A program made the translations under genes and the position numbers. A stretch of DNA of 64,000 nt from Candidatus Nomurabacteria bacterium. Its GTDB lineage: Bacteria; Patescibacteriota; Minisyncoccia; Phycocordibacterales; UBA9973. A model generated the notes under the pieces. The model was not told the DNA's origin. It saw only the letters and a list, made by a program, of their open reading frames with translations, and did not search any database. The stretch is from positions 105,810 through 169,809 of the forward strand of contig JAPLXP010000003.1 in the NCBI GenBank assembly GCA_026396015.1, read 5' to 3'. Shown here in pieces: positions 47,089 to 56,623 of this stretch (position 1 is the first letter of the stretch; each line of letters starts with the position of its first letter).

Positions 47089-47853
47089 TTAGATTAGTTT
47101 TATTAATACATTAATTGTATCATTTGGGTTAGATACTGAAATACAATCTACTCCAGAATTTACAGCTGGATGATCATTACCTCCAATTTGTAATTTGTCT
47201 CCCATAAATATTATATCAGATTTATTTATGTCCAGATAACTTATTAATTTATTTATTGCATATTCTTTGTCTACTCCTGATCTAGTCACATCTATTGTAT
47301 TTGTTCCTCCAAAATTTATAGAGAATTCAGGTATAAGAGGGAGCATGACATCTCTAACTTTTTTTCTTTTTTCTTGATCGGGGTCCCATGTGGACTTCAC
47401 AGAAAATGGTGCATCTTGTCCACAAGCTGAAAATGACATCTGAGTTCCACGGTCCTCAATGACTTGTCCATATGAAGGTGTCGGTAATATTGTATTTGTT
47501 TCTTTTATTGATTTCTCCCAGGCTGCGACAATCTTATCTTTATCTTCTTGGTTTAAGAGTTCTTCGTATTCACATATCCATTGATTGTCTTTGTATACAT
47601 AAAGGGAGCTGCCTGTAGTAGGGAATAATATTAGATTACTAAAAAAATCAGATTCATCATTTGTGAATGTATCTATAACTTGTTTTTTGAATTGAGTGTA
47701 GGAACCCCCAGATATTATTGCTATTTTGTATTTTTTAAGTAGTTTAGATAATACTTCAGACATCTTTGGGTTAATAGGTGATTTACTCTCGGCTAGTGTT
47801 CCATCTAGGTCAAAAGCTATAACTTTTTTATTGTTAAAAATATTATTATTCAT
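47089..47853 (-). CDS. HAD-IIB phosphomannomutase-like enzyme
   Basis: FDLDGTLAESK, ISGG, IEDRGTQ, WDPD..KR, GGTNTIDV, GDK..GGND. Confidence 0.85.
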   Translation of the reverse strand: MNNNIFNNKKVIAFDLDGTLAESKSPINPKMSEVLSKLLKKYKIAIISGGSYTQFKKQVIDTFTNDESDFFSNLILFPTTGSSLYVYKDNQWICEYEELLNQEDKDKIVAAWEKSIKETNTILPTPSYGQVIEDRGTQMSFSACGQDAPFSVKSTWDPDQEKRKKVRDVMLPLIPEFSINFGGTNTIDVTRSGVDKEYAINKLISYLDINKSDIIFMGDKLQIGGNDHPAVNSGVDCISVSNPNDTINVLIKLI

Positions 47854-47937
47854 ATATAGATTATATAATAATAAGATTCTCTACACTATAGGCATAATAG
47901 TTAGACTTCTTTTGGGTTCTGTATTATAGTGTCATAT

Positions 47938-48693
47938 ATGGCAAAACAAGAAAAAATCTATATATATGGCAAGCACGCACTTGTCGAGGCTCTTACTAAT
48001 TCACCAACAGCTGTAAAGAAAGTATTCTTGGCTCGTGAAGACGATAAAGAGTTGGTTCATCTGATCAAAAAAGCAGGTATTACAATATCTCAGCTAGGTA
48101 AGGGTGAGGGGGTAGGTGATGTGTCTAATGATAGCAAGCACCAGGGAGTTATCGGTCTGTTGTCTCTAGATAAAATAATCCAACCATATGAAAGATTTAT
48201 GAATAGTCTAGTTGTGAATCCAAATACTTGCATCATCATTCTTGGAGAATTGGAGGACCCTCAAAATGTTGGATCTATTATTCGTACTGCTGCAGCTATG
48301 GGTATAGCTGGTGTATTGATACCAGAACACAACCAGGCTCCTATCACAGGCTCAGTCGTAAAAGTTTCTGCTGGTATGGTGTTCCGCGTACCTGTAGTCC
48401 AAATCGGTAATATCAACAATGTCATTCGTGATCTAAAAGAAAAAGGATTTTGGATTTACGGATTAGATGGTGAATCAAAGCAATCATTAAATGATGAATC
48501 TTTTGATACTCCGACAGCATTTATCATAGGTAACGAGGCTCGTGGTATAAGAGAGAAGACTCGTGAACTCTGCGATATCATGCTCCGCATTCCAATGCAT
48601 CCACAATGTGAATCTATGAATGCTGCTGTATCTACGGCCATCGCCATGTACTCATGGAGTGCAAAGCATCCTGATTCTGTAAAAGGTAAATAA
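47938..48693 (+). CDS. rlmB: TrmH/SpoU family rRNA methyltransferase (RlmB-like)
   Basis: IYGKH, HQGV, DPQNVGSIIRTA, IGNEARGI, IPM…ESMNAAV. Confidence 0.88.
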   Translation: MAKQEKIYIYGKHALVEALTNSPTAVKKVFLAREDDKELVHLIKKAGITISQLGKGEGVGDVSNDSKHQGVIGLLSLDKIIQPYERFMNSLVVNPNTCIIILGELEDPQNVGSIIRTAAAMGIAGVLIPEHNQAPITGSVVKVSAGMVFRVPVVQIGNINNVIRDLKEKGFWIYGLDGESKQSLNDESFDTPTAFIIGNEARGIREKTRELCDIMLRIPMHPQCESMNAAVSTAIAMYSWSAKHPDSVKGK

Positions 48694-48737
48694 TCAATGA
48701 ACACTAAAAAACCACCCAATGGGTGGTTTTTAGATTA

Positions 48738-49223
48738 TTAGTTAGTTTTTAGGTCGTGCCCAAATTTATTTTTAACATGCTGTCCTATTGCCATAGGTTT
48801 TCTATTGGCATTGGTCCAGGTGTCGACATTCGTAGCGATGGCTGTATGGTTCACTTGGTCTATCGTACCTGTGATCATCACACCCTGTCCGACTACAAGA
48901 TTGGTGATAGATCCAACCACGTTGTCCTTTTTAAAGATTGTCGTACTTGTTGTGTTAATAATAAATTGTGGTTTTGTTGTATTGGATTTTTTGTCGAAGC
49001 TTTTTGTTTCAATTGTAAAACTATTTCCATTTATTGCAGTAATTGTACCTGCAACATGATTTGATATTTTATTTATTTTTGGAACTGAACTTTTATGCAT
49101 TTGCCTTGCGTCTTTGTTCGTATCTGTACGCATTGAAGCAAATGAAATATTTGCAGAAGTTATTGTTATAATTATGATGGCTGTTCCACCTATTTTAATC
49201 AATATATTTCTTTTTTTACTCAT
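48738..49223 (-). CDS. Secreted DUF5666-like OB-fold protein
   Basis: Signal peptide, GTITAINGNSFTI…T.F.K…LVVGQGVMITG…A..V. Confidence 0.7.
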   Translation of the reverse strand: MSKKRNILIKIGGTAIIIITITSANISFASMRTDTNKDARQMHKSSVPKINKISNHVAGTITAINGNSFTIETKSFDKKSNTTKPQFIINTTSTTIFKKDNVVGSITNLVVGQGVMITGTIDQVNHTAIATNVDTWTNANRKPMAIGQHVKNKFGHDLKTN

Positions 49224-49308
49224 ATTTTTGATTCTGCGGAATCACATCGTGTACGTCCTTTTGACGCGATGCTACTTTTTAATTACTTATAAAACCGACC
49301 TATTTATG

Positions 49309-49336
49309 TATACGCACATGTTTCAGAAATGGTGCA
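49309..49336 (-). promoter_or_regulatory. Putative ECF sigma promoter
   Basis: TGCACC-N16-CGTATA on the minus strand. Confidence 0.7.
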
Positions 49337-49379
49337 CATGTACCATATTTTGAAAATGCGCGTATAATGCATCTATAAT

Positions 49380-49946
49380 ATGGAGTATTCTGATCATGAT
49401 TTAATAGTCTCATATCTAGCAGGGGATGAAGAATCTCTGAAGGTTTTGTTTGGTAGATATACTAATGACATATATAACTATGCCAGACGCATGGGTGGAT
49501 TAGACGATGCATCAGATATTACTTCAGAGGTTTTTATAAAAGTTTGGAAAAATCTAAAGAATTTTAATGTTAAAAAAGCTGGATTTAAAACTTGGATTTT
49601 TATGATAGCGAGACGGACTATTATTGATTATTTGAGAAAAAGAAAAAATGTCCCATTATCGTATCTAGATAATGAAGAAAGCGGTACATCATATGCAGAT
49701 TCTATACCAGATGACCGAACGCTTCCTGATATTACTTTTGATAAAGAAATAGATATAAAAACTCTAAACAAAATTCTCGAATCAATCTCGCCGCCGCACC
49801 GTGAAGTATTAACCTTGTACTACCAAGAGGATATGACTTTTGATGAAATAGGAAAAGTTCTCGATAAATCTATAAACACAGTAAAGAGTCAGCATCGAAG
49901 AGCCTTGATCTCGCTCCGGGAGAAGTATCAAGATTTGAGTAAGTAA
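49380..49946 (+). CDS. ECF-type RNA polymerase sigma factor
   Basis: DITSEVFIKVW, FKTWIFMIARRTIIDYLRK (region 2); MTFDEIG…INTVKSQHRRA (region 4). Confidence 0.93.
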   Translation: MEYSDHDLIVSYLAGDEESLKVLFGRYTNDIYNYARRMGGLDDASDITSEVFIKVWKNLKNFNVKKAGFKTWIFMIARRTIIDYLRKRKNVPLSYLDNEESGTSYADSIPDDRTLPDITFDKEIDIKTLNKILESISPPHREVLTLYYQEDMTFDEIGKVLDKSINTVKSQHRRALISLREKYQDLSK

Positions 49947-49974
49947 TGCACCAAAGGGCTTTATAAAACGTATA
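49947..49974 (+). promoter_or_regulatory. Putative ECF sigma promoter
   Basis: TGCACC-N16-CGTATA. Confidence 0.7.
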
Positions 49975-49988
49975 TATACATGTAATTT

Positions 49989-50390
49989 ATGAAAATAGAT
50001 ATAGAAAAACAAATTAAGGACGCCAAGTATAATGCAACAGATGAATTATCTGCTTGTATTTTTTTGGCTATTAGAGCAGAACAAAACAAAGAATATAGAC
50101 TCAGGATGTATATGCACGGAGTACTTAGTTTCTCTTTTTTGATTGTGATGGTACCAGTGATTCAGTCTTTGGTTGCTGACTTGTCTAGCTCAGGAATCTT
50201 TCAGTATGCATCATTGATTTTTTCTGATAGCTCGTCTTTGTCTGTCGCATGGCAAGAATTATCTATGTCCATTGTGGATGTATTGCCTGGTATGAGTATC
50301 GCATTGTTCGCAGTTGTGTTGTTTGCACTATCTATTTCAATTCGTAATTTTGCTTTAAATTTTTCAAGTCGAGTGTCGGTTGTTAGTTAA
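49989..50390 (+). CDS. Membrane protein, candidate anti-sigma factor
   Basis: Short cytoplasmic N-terminus plus two TM segments, directly after the ECF sigma. Confidence 0.6.
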   Translation: MKIDIEKQIKDAKYNATDELSACIFLAIRAEQNKEYRLRMYMHGVLSFSFLIVMVPVIQSLVADLSSSGIFQYASLIFSDSSSLSVAWQELSMSIVDVLPGMSIALFAVVLFALSISIRNFALNFSSRVSVVS

Positions 50391-50455
50391 TATTAAATAA
50401 TAATAAAAACAGAACAGATATTTAATAAAATAATTTGTCTTGTAACTATAAATAT

Positions 50456-50953
50456 ATGAAAGAAGAAATAAAAACAATTGTAAAGAGTGTGTCTGATTCA
50501 AAAAAAGTAAAGAGAATGATAGTGATCATTGCGTGCTTTGCTGTACTGTCTATAGTTTTTCAAGCTGGTGTCGTAGTTGGTTTTAAAAAGGCTTCATTTG
50601 GAAAACATTGGGGTGAAAATTATGAGAGAAATTTTGGCATGGTAAAGCACAATAGAATGATGGGTGATACACCAGACAGACTACCAAATGCTCACGGTGC
50701 GATAGGTAAGATAGCCAAGATCGAATTACCTAATATCATTGTCACTGACAATGATGGAATTGAAAAGATTGTTGTATTAAATGTTGAAACTCTTATCAAA
50801 AAAGGCCCTGAAAATATTTTAGAAAAAGATTTGTTAATCAATGATTTTATTGTAGTAGTGGGTACTCCGAACGATAAAGGTCAAATAGTTGCAAAGCTAA
50901 TACGTGTAATACCTAGCCCAATGATGGGTGCCAAGGCAGAAGTAATTAAATAA
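50456..50953 (+). CDS. Membrane-anchored DUF5666-like protein
   Basis: TM, then HGAIGKI…IVVVGTPNDKGQIVAKLIRV. Confidence 0.65.
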   Translation: MKEEIKTIVKSVSDSKKVKRMIVIIACFAVLSIVFQAGVVVGFKKASFGKHWGENYERNFGMVKHNRMMGDTPDRLPNAHGAIGKIAKIELPNIIVTDNDGIEKIVVLNVETLIKKGPENILEKDLLINDFIVVVGTPNDKGQIVAKLIRVIPSPMMGAKAEVIK

Positions 50954-50962
50954 TAAACATTT

Positions 50963-52678
50963 ATGCAATCATTCTTTAGCTATATAAAAGAAAATAAAAT
51001 TAAGTCAGCTATCGTGATTATAATTGTGCTGGCAGTAGGTTATTATCTGTATAAATTATTATTTCCAACACCAATAATTACTCGATATGTATTAGGAAAT
51101 GTTCAAAAATCAACCGTTATATCTACAGTATCTGGCACAGGTCAGATCTCCTCTGGTGCCTCAATAGATGTGAAGCCAAAAGTATCAGGAGATATTTTGT
51201 CTGTGAACGTTAAAAATGGTCAGTATGTTTCTGCGGGCCAATCTATCGTAGTACTTGATAATACAAGTGCACTTAAAAATGTGAGAGATGCGCAGATCCG
51301 TCTGGATCAAGCAAAATTGGCATTGCAGAGAATGAAGGGTGGTGCTGTTGATACTGGTGAAGTGCGCAGCACAACGCAAAAAGCAAGTGATGCATTATTG
51401 AAATCTTATGATGATGGATTCAATACTGTAGCTAGTACATTTATAGATTTACCTGCAGCTATGACAGGATTGCATGATGTTCTTCTTAATTCTGACTTTG
51501 GTATGGGTCAGCAGCCTAATATAGCTTTTTATTTTGATCAATTAAAAGTTTCAAATTCAGAAAATGCTGATAAGGCAAAACTTTTTAGTGATGATGCAAA
51601 TAAAAAATACACTGAAGCACGTGCAATGTACGACCGAGTATTTTTAGAATATAAAAATACAAATAGAAATTCTTCAAATTCAGACGTAGAAAGATTGATT
51701 AATGATACTTATGATACAGACAAAGCAATAGCTGAAGCAATTAAAAGTTCTCAGAATTTAATACGTTTGTATCAAGATACTTTTACTTTGGCAAATATGA
51801 AAATTGAATCAAAGTCTAATACTCATCTGACAAGCTTAAATACATATACTGGTATGACCAATGGTCATCTAGTAGATCTACTTGCTGCTAAAGATAATAT
51901 TTTATCCAACAAAGAATCTATAGTTACTTCTTCTTTTGATCTTACTGATCAAGAGATATCAATCAAACAAGCAGAAAATGCATTACAGGACGCTAGAGAT
52001 ACTCTTGCGAACTATGTAATTCGTGCCCCTATCGATGGTATCGTTGGGAAGCTTTCAGCCGTTCGTGGTGATACAGCTAGTAGTACATCTCTCGCAACTA
52101 TTATCACAACAAAGAAAATCGCGCAGATATCTTTAAATGAAGTTGATGTGGCAAAAATTAAAGTTGGTGACAAGGTCACTCTTACTTTTGATGCGATACC
52201 AGATTTGACTGTAGTAGGATTGATATCTGATATTGATAGTATTGGTACTGTGTCTTCGGGTGTTGTAAATTATAATATAAAAATTAGTTTTGATTCATCA
52301 AACGATAGTATCAAGGAGGGGATGAGTGTTTCTGCTGCGATTATTACAAAAATTGCTGCTGACGTAGTTGTAGTTCCTAACAGTGCATTGAAAACAAAAA
52401 ATGGTAATTCTTTTGTTGAGGTATTTGATGTAGCTCCAGCTGCTACTACAGATGGATTGCAAGGTGCACCCTCTGCTATCGCACCAAAGCAAGTAGGTGT
52501 GGAAATTGGAATTTCTGATGATACAAATACTGAGGTAATTTCAGGATTAAAAGTTGGGGATAACATTGTCACAAAGACAATCACCACAACAACTGTATCT
52601 ACGGCAAATACGGCACCAAGTCTTTTGGGTGCTGTCGGTGGAAATAAATCAGGTGCTCGAGCAATGACAGGTAGATAA
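50963..52678 (+). CDS. MacA/HlyD-like periplasmic adaptor with long helical hairpin
   Basis: VSGTGQI, KVSGDI…GQYVSAGQ, IRAPIDGIV, EVDVAKIKVG, EVISGLKVGD. Confidence 0.88.
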   Translation: MQSFFSYIKENKIKSAIVIIIVLAVGYYLYKLLFPTPIITRYVLGNVQKSTVISTVSGTGQISSGASIDVKPKVSGDILSVNVKNGQYVSAGQSIVVLDNTSALKNVRDAQIRLDQAKLALQRMKGGAVDTGEVRSTTQKASDALLKSYDDGFNTVASTFIDLPAAMTGLHDVLLNSDFGMGQQPNIAFYFDQLKVSNSENADKAKLFSDDANKKYTEARAMYDRVFLEYKNTNRNSSNSDVERLINDTYDTDKAIAEAIKSSQNLIRLYQDTFTLANMKIESKSNTHLTSLNTYTGMTNGHLVDLLAAKDNILSNKESIVTSSFDLTDQEISIKQAENALQDARDTLANYVIRAPIDGIVGKLSAVRGDTASSTSLATIITTKKIAQISLNEVDVAKIKVGDKVTLTFDAIPDLTVVGLISDIDSIGTVSSGVVNYNIKISFDSSNDSIKEGMSVSAAIITKIAADVVVVPNSALKTKNGNSFVEVFDVAPAATTDGLQGAPSAIAPKQVGVEIGISDDTNTEVISGLKVGDNIVTKTITTTTVSTANTAPSLLGAVGGNKSGARAMTGR

Positions 52679-52682
52679 AATT

Positions 52683-53363
52683 ATGATTGAAATTAAAAAT
52701 ATTACAAAAAAATATCAAAGTGGTAAGGAGCCATTCCTGGCTTTAAAAGGTGTCAGTTTTATTATTGAGGATGGGGAGTTTGTCGCTATAACTGGTCCAT
52801 CTGGGTCTGGTAAGTCCACTTTGATGCATATTCTCGGTGCACTCGATAATCCTACTTCCGGTACATATTTTTTGGATGGAAAGGATGTGTCTACTCTGTC
52901 TGATGACGAATTGGCAAATATAAGAAAAAATAAAATTGGTTTTGTCTTTCAATCTTTCAATCTACTTCCTCGTACTACAGTAATAAGAAATGTATCGTTG
53001 CCTCTTGTGTACGCTGGTGTAGAAGAAAAAGAAAGAATTCGAAGAGCTGAAGAAGCTTTAATCTCTGCTGGTCTTGATCGCGAGCACTTCACTCATTTAT
53101 CAAATGAATTATCTGGTGGGCAAATACAACGCGTAGCTATCGCTCGTGCACTCGTGAACAATCCTACATTGATACTAGCTGATGAGCCTACCGGTAATCT
53201 TGATTCAAAAACGGGGGATATAGTATTGGGAACTTTTCAAAGATTGAATCGTGAACATGGTCGTACTATTATACTCATCACACACGAGCCAGATGTAGCA
53301 GCACATGCTGACCGCATTATTCACATAAAAGACGGATTGGTTCTAAGTGATAAGAAAAAATAA
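52683..53363 (+). CDS. ABC transporter ATP-binding protein (MacB/LolD type)
   Basis: [36 protein letters not shown]. Confidence 0.93.
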   Translation: MIEIKNITKKYQSGKEPFLALKGVSFIIEDGEFVAITGPSGSGKSTLMHILGALDNPTSGTYFLDGKDVSTLSDDELANIRKNKIGFVFQSFNLLPRTTVIRNVSLPLVYAGVEEKERIRRAEEALISAGLDREHFTHLSNELSGGQIQRVAIARALVNNPTLILADEPTGNLDSKTGDIVLGTFQRLNREHGRTIILITHEPDVAAHADRIIHIKDGLVLSDKKK

Positions 53364-53371
53364 TGTGCTTC

Positions 53372-53459
53372 ATAAATTATATTCTTTTCTCAGGTCCTCG
53401 GATCTCCTCGCAAATGCAAAATTCGCTCGGCCAGACCGTTCGAAAAGAAAATAATTTAT
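53372..53459 (-). repeat. Palindromic element copy 2 (intergenic)
   Basis: Same two 16-bp cores as the ligA copy in reverse orientation, with different 18-bp arms ATAAATTATATTCTTTTC / GAAAAGAAAATAATTTAT. Confidence 0.8.
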
Positions 53460-53475
53460 TACGCAAAGAGTAATT

Positions 53476-54699
53476 ATGAAAACAAAAGATATTTTAGAAG
53501 AGACATGGATAGCATTATCGAGCAACAAAGTTCGATCTGGTTTGACTATGCTCGGTATAGTGATCGGTATTGCATCAGTGATCGCAATGACTGCTATTGG
53601 TCAAGGTGCTCAGTCATCAATACAGTCATCTATTCAATCTATAGGATCAAATCTAGTTCTAGTTACTCCTGGAGCTCAGAGGGGTCCCGGTATGCAAATT
53701 TCTGGGGGGCGTGGTTCTGCTAAAAGTCTGACAATTGAAGATTCAGATGCTATTGTCTCTGGTGTGTCCGGAGTCAAATCTGTAGCACCAGAGGTATCTA
53801 GTAGATATCAGGTTACAGCACGAGGCACAAATACCAATACGACTGTATCAGGGGTGAATTCAAGTTATTCTGATGTCCGAAATGTCACCGTTGATAATGG
53901 TAATTTTATTACCGATCAAAATGTAGACAGTGGTGCAAAAGTTGCTGTACTCGGGCCGTCTGCCCGTGACGATCTATTTGGTGTAGATGGTGATGCGATA
54001 GGTCAGACTATAAAGATAAAACAAATTAATTTTAAAGTTGTAGGTATTACTCATAGTAAAGGTGGCTCAGGGTTCCAAAATCCAGATGATATGATTTTTA
54101 TTCCTATCACTACTGCCCAAAGATTTCTCTCTGGAGATCAATATGTGTCCACAATATCTGTCGGAGCACTAGATGCAAGTACCACCACCCAAGTCCAAGC
54201 TGATGTCACTGCATTATTACTTTCCCGCCATCACATATCAAACCCCGCATCAGCTGATTTTTCAACTTTGAATCAAGCAGATATTATCGCTACAGCCTCA
54301 TCTGTGACAGGTACATTTACAATATTGCTTGCAGCTGTCGCTGGTATATCATTGATTGTTGGTGGTATCGGTATTATGAATATGATGCTCACTACGGTCA
54401 CAGAACGCACTCGTGAGATTGGATTACGCAAAGCTATCGGTGCGCAACGTAAAGATATAAATCGTCAGTTTTTAATCGAAGCCATTATGCTCACATTTAT
54501 TGGAGGAGTTATAGGTGTGGCACTCGGGTGGGGTGTATCCTTGCTCGTGTCAAAATTAGGTATTCTTCAAACAAGTGTATCTATTTCTTCTGTTCTCCTT
54601 TCATTTGGAGTCTCTGCCGCTATTGGAATTATCTTTGGATATTACCCAGCAAAAAAAGCTGCCAAGTTAAATCCAATCGAAGCCTTGAGATATGAATAA
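53476..54699 (+). CDS. MacB-family ABC permease
   Basis: RSGLTMLGIVIGIASV, GGIGIMNMML..VTERTREIGLRKAIGA, PAKKAAKLNPIEALRYE. Confidence 0.93.
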   Translation: MKTKDILEETWIALSSNKVRSGLTMLGIVIGIASVIAMTAIGQGAQSSIQSSIQSIGSNLVLVTPGAQRGPGMQISGGRGSAKSLTIEDSDAIVSGVSGVKSVAPEVSSRYQVTARGTNTNTTVSGVNSSYSDVRNVTVDNGNFITDQNVDSGAKVAVLGPSARDDLFGVDGDAIGQTIKIKQINFKVVGITHSKGGSGFQNPDDMIFIPITTAQRFLSGDQYVSTISVGALDASTTTQVQADVTALLLSRHHISNPASADFSTLNQADIIATASSVTGTFTILLAAVAGISLIVGGIGIMNMMLTTVTERTREIGLRKAIGAQRKDINRQFLIEAIMLTFIGGVIGVALGWGVSLLVSKLGILQTSVSISSVLLSFGVSAAIGIIFGYYPAKKAAKLNPIEALRYE

Positions 54700-54727
54700 T
54701 GCACCAAAATAATTTATAAGACGTATA
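54700..54727 (+). promoter_or_regulatory. Putative ECF sigma promoter
   Basis: TGCACC-N16-CGTATA. Confidence 0.7.
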
Positions 54728-54736
54728 ATATAATAT

Positions 54737-55195
54737 ATGAAAAACATAAAACACGAACATTTTTTAATAATTTTAATTGCAGTATTTTTGATCGGCGGCG
54801 GTATTGGATTTTTTGCAGGAAAGGGAATCACAAATAAAAATTTACAAAATCCTCAATCTGGATTTGCAAATCGTGGGGGTCAGGGCGGAATGATGGGTGG
54901 GGGTAATCGTGGAGGTCAAGGTAGTGGTATGATGCGCGGTAGTGGATTCGCAAGTGGCGAAGTCTCATCTGTCGATACAAATAGTATCGTAGTTCGGATG
55001 CGTGATGGATCTTCAAAAATTGTGCTGTACGCACCATCTACAGAAATCGGTAAATTCACTACTGGAGTATTGTCTGATGTTGTAGTAGGTAAACAGATAA
55101 TGGTAAATGGCACAGCAAACAGTGATGGATCTGTGACTGCTACAAATATCCAAATTCGCCCGAACATGCCAATTGGAAAACCCGCAAAACAATAA
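54737..55195 (+). CDS. Membrane-anchored DUF5666-like protein with Gly-rich linker
   Basis: TM, RGG repeats, GEVSSVD…VGKQIMVNGTANSDGSVTATNIQI. Confidence 0.7.
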   Translation: MKNIKHEHFLIILIAVFLIGGGIGFFAGKGITNKNLQNPQSGFANRGGQGGMMGGGNRGGQGSGMMRGSGFASGEVSSVDTNSIVVRMRDGSSKIVLYAPSTEIGKFTTGVLSDVVVGKQIMVNGTANSDGSVTATNIQIRPNMPIGKPAKQ

Positions 55196-55274
55196 TTGTA
55201 TTATTAAAATACCTAGGAAATAATTTCCTAGGTATTTTTGTTATGTTTGTTAAATCTAGTATACTAATACCTAC

Positions 55275-56204
55275 ATGCTCAAAAATAATAATAAAAACTG
55301 GGGTCCATATTTGATAGTAGTCGCAGCTTTCCTTTGGGGGATAGACGGTATTTTGAGACGTATGTTCGCTGGTATTCCACCTATTACAATAATTTTTTTC
55401 GAGCACACAATTGGAGCGATCATACTTTTGCCATTTGCTTGGAGCGTGGCGAGTAAAGAAAAAGTTAGTAATAAAGATTTTGGATATTTAATATTGGTAT
55501 CATTGCTGTCTGGATTGTTGGGTACACTGTGGTTCACTACAGCACTTCTTCAGACTTCGTTCATATCATTTTCTGTTGTTTTTCTTTTGCAAAAATTGCA
55601 ACCAATATTTGCAATCACAACATCGTCTTTAATTTTGAAAGAAAAATTTGAAAAGTCGTATGTGAAATGGGCAGTGCTGGCAGTCGTATCTGCTTATTTT
55701 GTAACATTTAAAAATGGGTATATAAATTGGCACACAGGACAAGATACAATGATAGCTGCGTTATATGCATTGGGTGCTGCATTTGCTTGGGGTACATCTA
55801 CTACATTTTCAAAAATAATTTTAAAAAATATTAGTGCCAAGACTAGTACTATATATAGATTTTTGTTTACTGCACTATTTTCATTTATTGTTATGTTTTT
55901 TGTGGGAAATTGTCCTAGTTTGACTGTTGTCACTCCACTGCAATACGGTACATTTGTTCTGATTGCTCTTTCTTCTGGTATGGTGGGATTGCTAATATAT
56001 TATTATGGACTTAAGAATACTTCTGTTCATGCATCAACAATCTTGGAATTATTCTATCCACTTGTAGCCGTATTGATTGGAATATTTATATATCATGATG
56101 TATTATCTCTATCACAATATGTTGCCGGAATAGTTTTGTGTTTTGCTATTTATAAAATCGCCACGATAAACAAAAAGATTCAAGTTACAAAAGAAATTAA
56201 ATAG
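55275..56204 (+). CDS. EamA/DMT family transporter
   Basis: Ten TM segments in two repeats; AAFLWG, LQPIF, LKEK, AWG. Confidence 0.9.
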   Translation: MLKNNNKNWGPYLIVVAAFLWGIDGILRRMFAGIPPITIIFFEHTIGAIILLPFAWSVASKEKVSNKDFGYLILVSLLSGLLGTLWFTTALLQTSFISFSVVFLLQKLQPIFAITTSSLILKEKFEKSYVKWAVLAVVSAYFVTFKNGYINWHTGQDTMIAALYALGAAFAWGTSTTFSKIILKNISAKTSTIYRFLFTALFSFIVMFFVGNCPSLTVVTPLQYGTFVLIALSSGMVGLLIYYYGLKNTSVHASTILELFYPLVAVLIGIFIYHDVLSLSQYVAGIVLCFAIYKIATINKKIQVTKEIK

Positions 56205-56218
56205 TGTAAAATAGTACA

Positions 56219-56590
56219 ATGGTATTTCAATCAAAACACATAAAAGGTATTGGTCGCGGAAAGAATTTAGGATTTCCTACAATCAATTTAACAATCCCAG
56301 AAGAACTACTTCTTGATGATGGCATCTATGCTGCATGGATAGACATCGGAGGTAGGACATATAAAGGTGCACTTCATTTTGGTCCAGTGCCGACATTCAA
56401 TGAGCGTGAATCACAGCTCGAAGTACATCTGATAGATGTTACAGATGATAATTTTCCAAATACGGTGGACGTAGACATAGAAGTGGATGTAGTAGAAAAA
56501 ATTCGCGAGGTGCAGAGATTTGACGAGACAGTAGACCTGATCGAACAAATCGCTCGTGATGTAGAAAAAGTACAAAAGATTTTAAAATAA
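56219..56590 (+). CDS. Monofunctional riboflavin kinase
   Basis: GRGKNLGFPTIN, GIYA, GPVPTF, EVHLID, IREVQRF…LIEQIARD; no FAD synthetase domain. Confidence 0.9.
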   Translation: MVFQSKHIKGIGRGKNLGFPTINLTIPEELLLDDGIYAAWIDIGGRTYKGALHFGPVPTFNERESQLEVHLIDVTDDNFPNTVDVDIEVDVVEKIREVQRFDETVDLIEQIARDVEKVQKILK

Positions 56591-56623
56591 AAAATACCCC
56601 GCGCCTGTGGCGCGGGGTATTTT

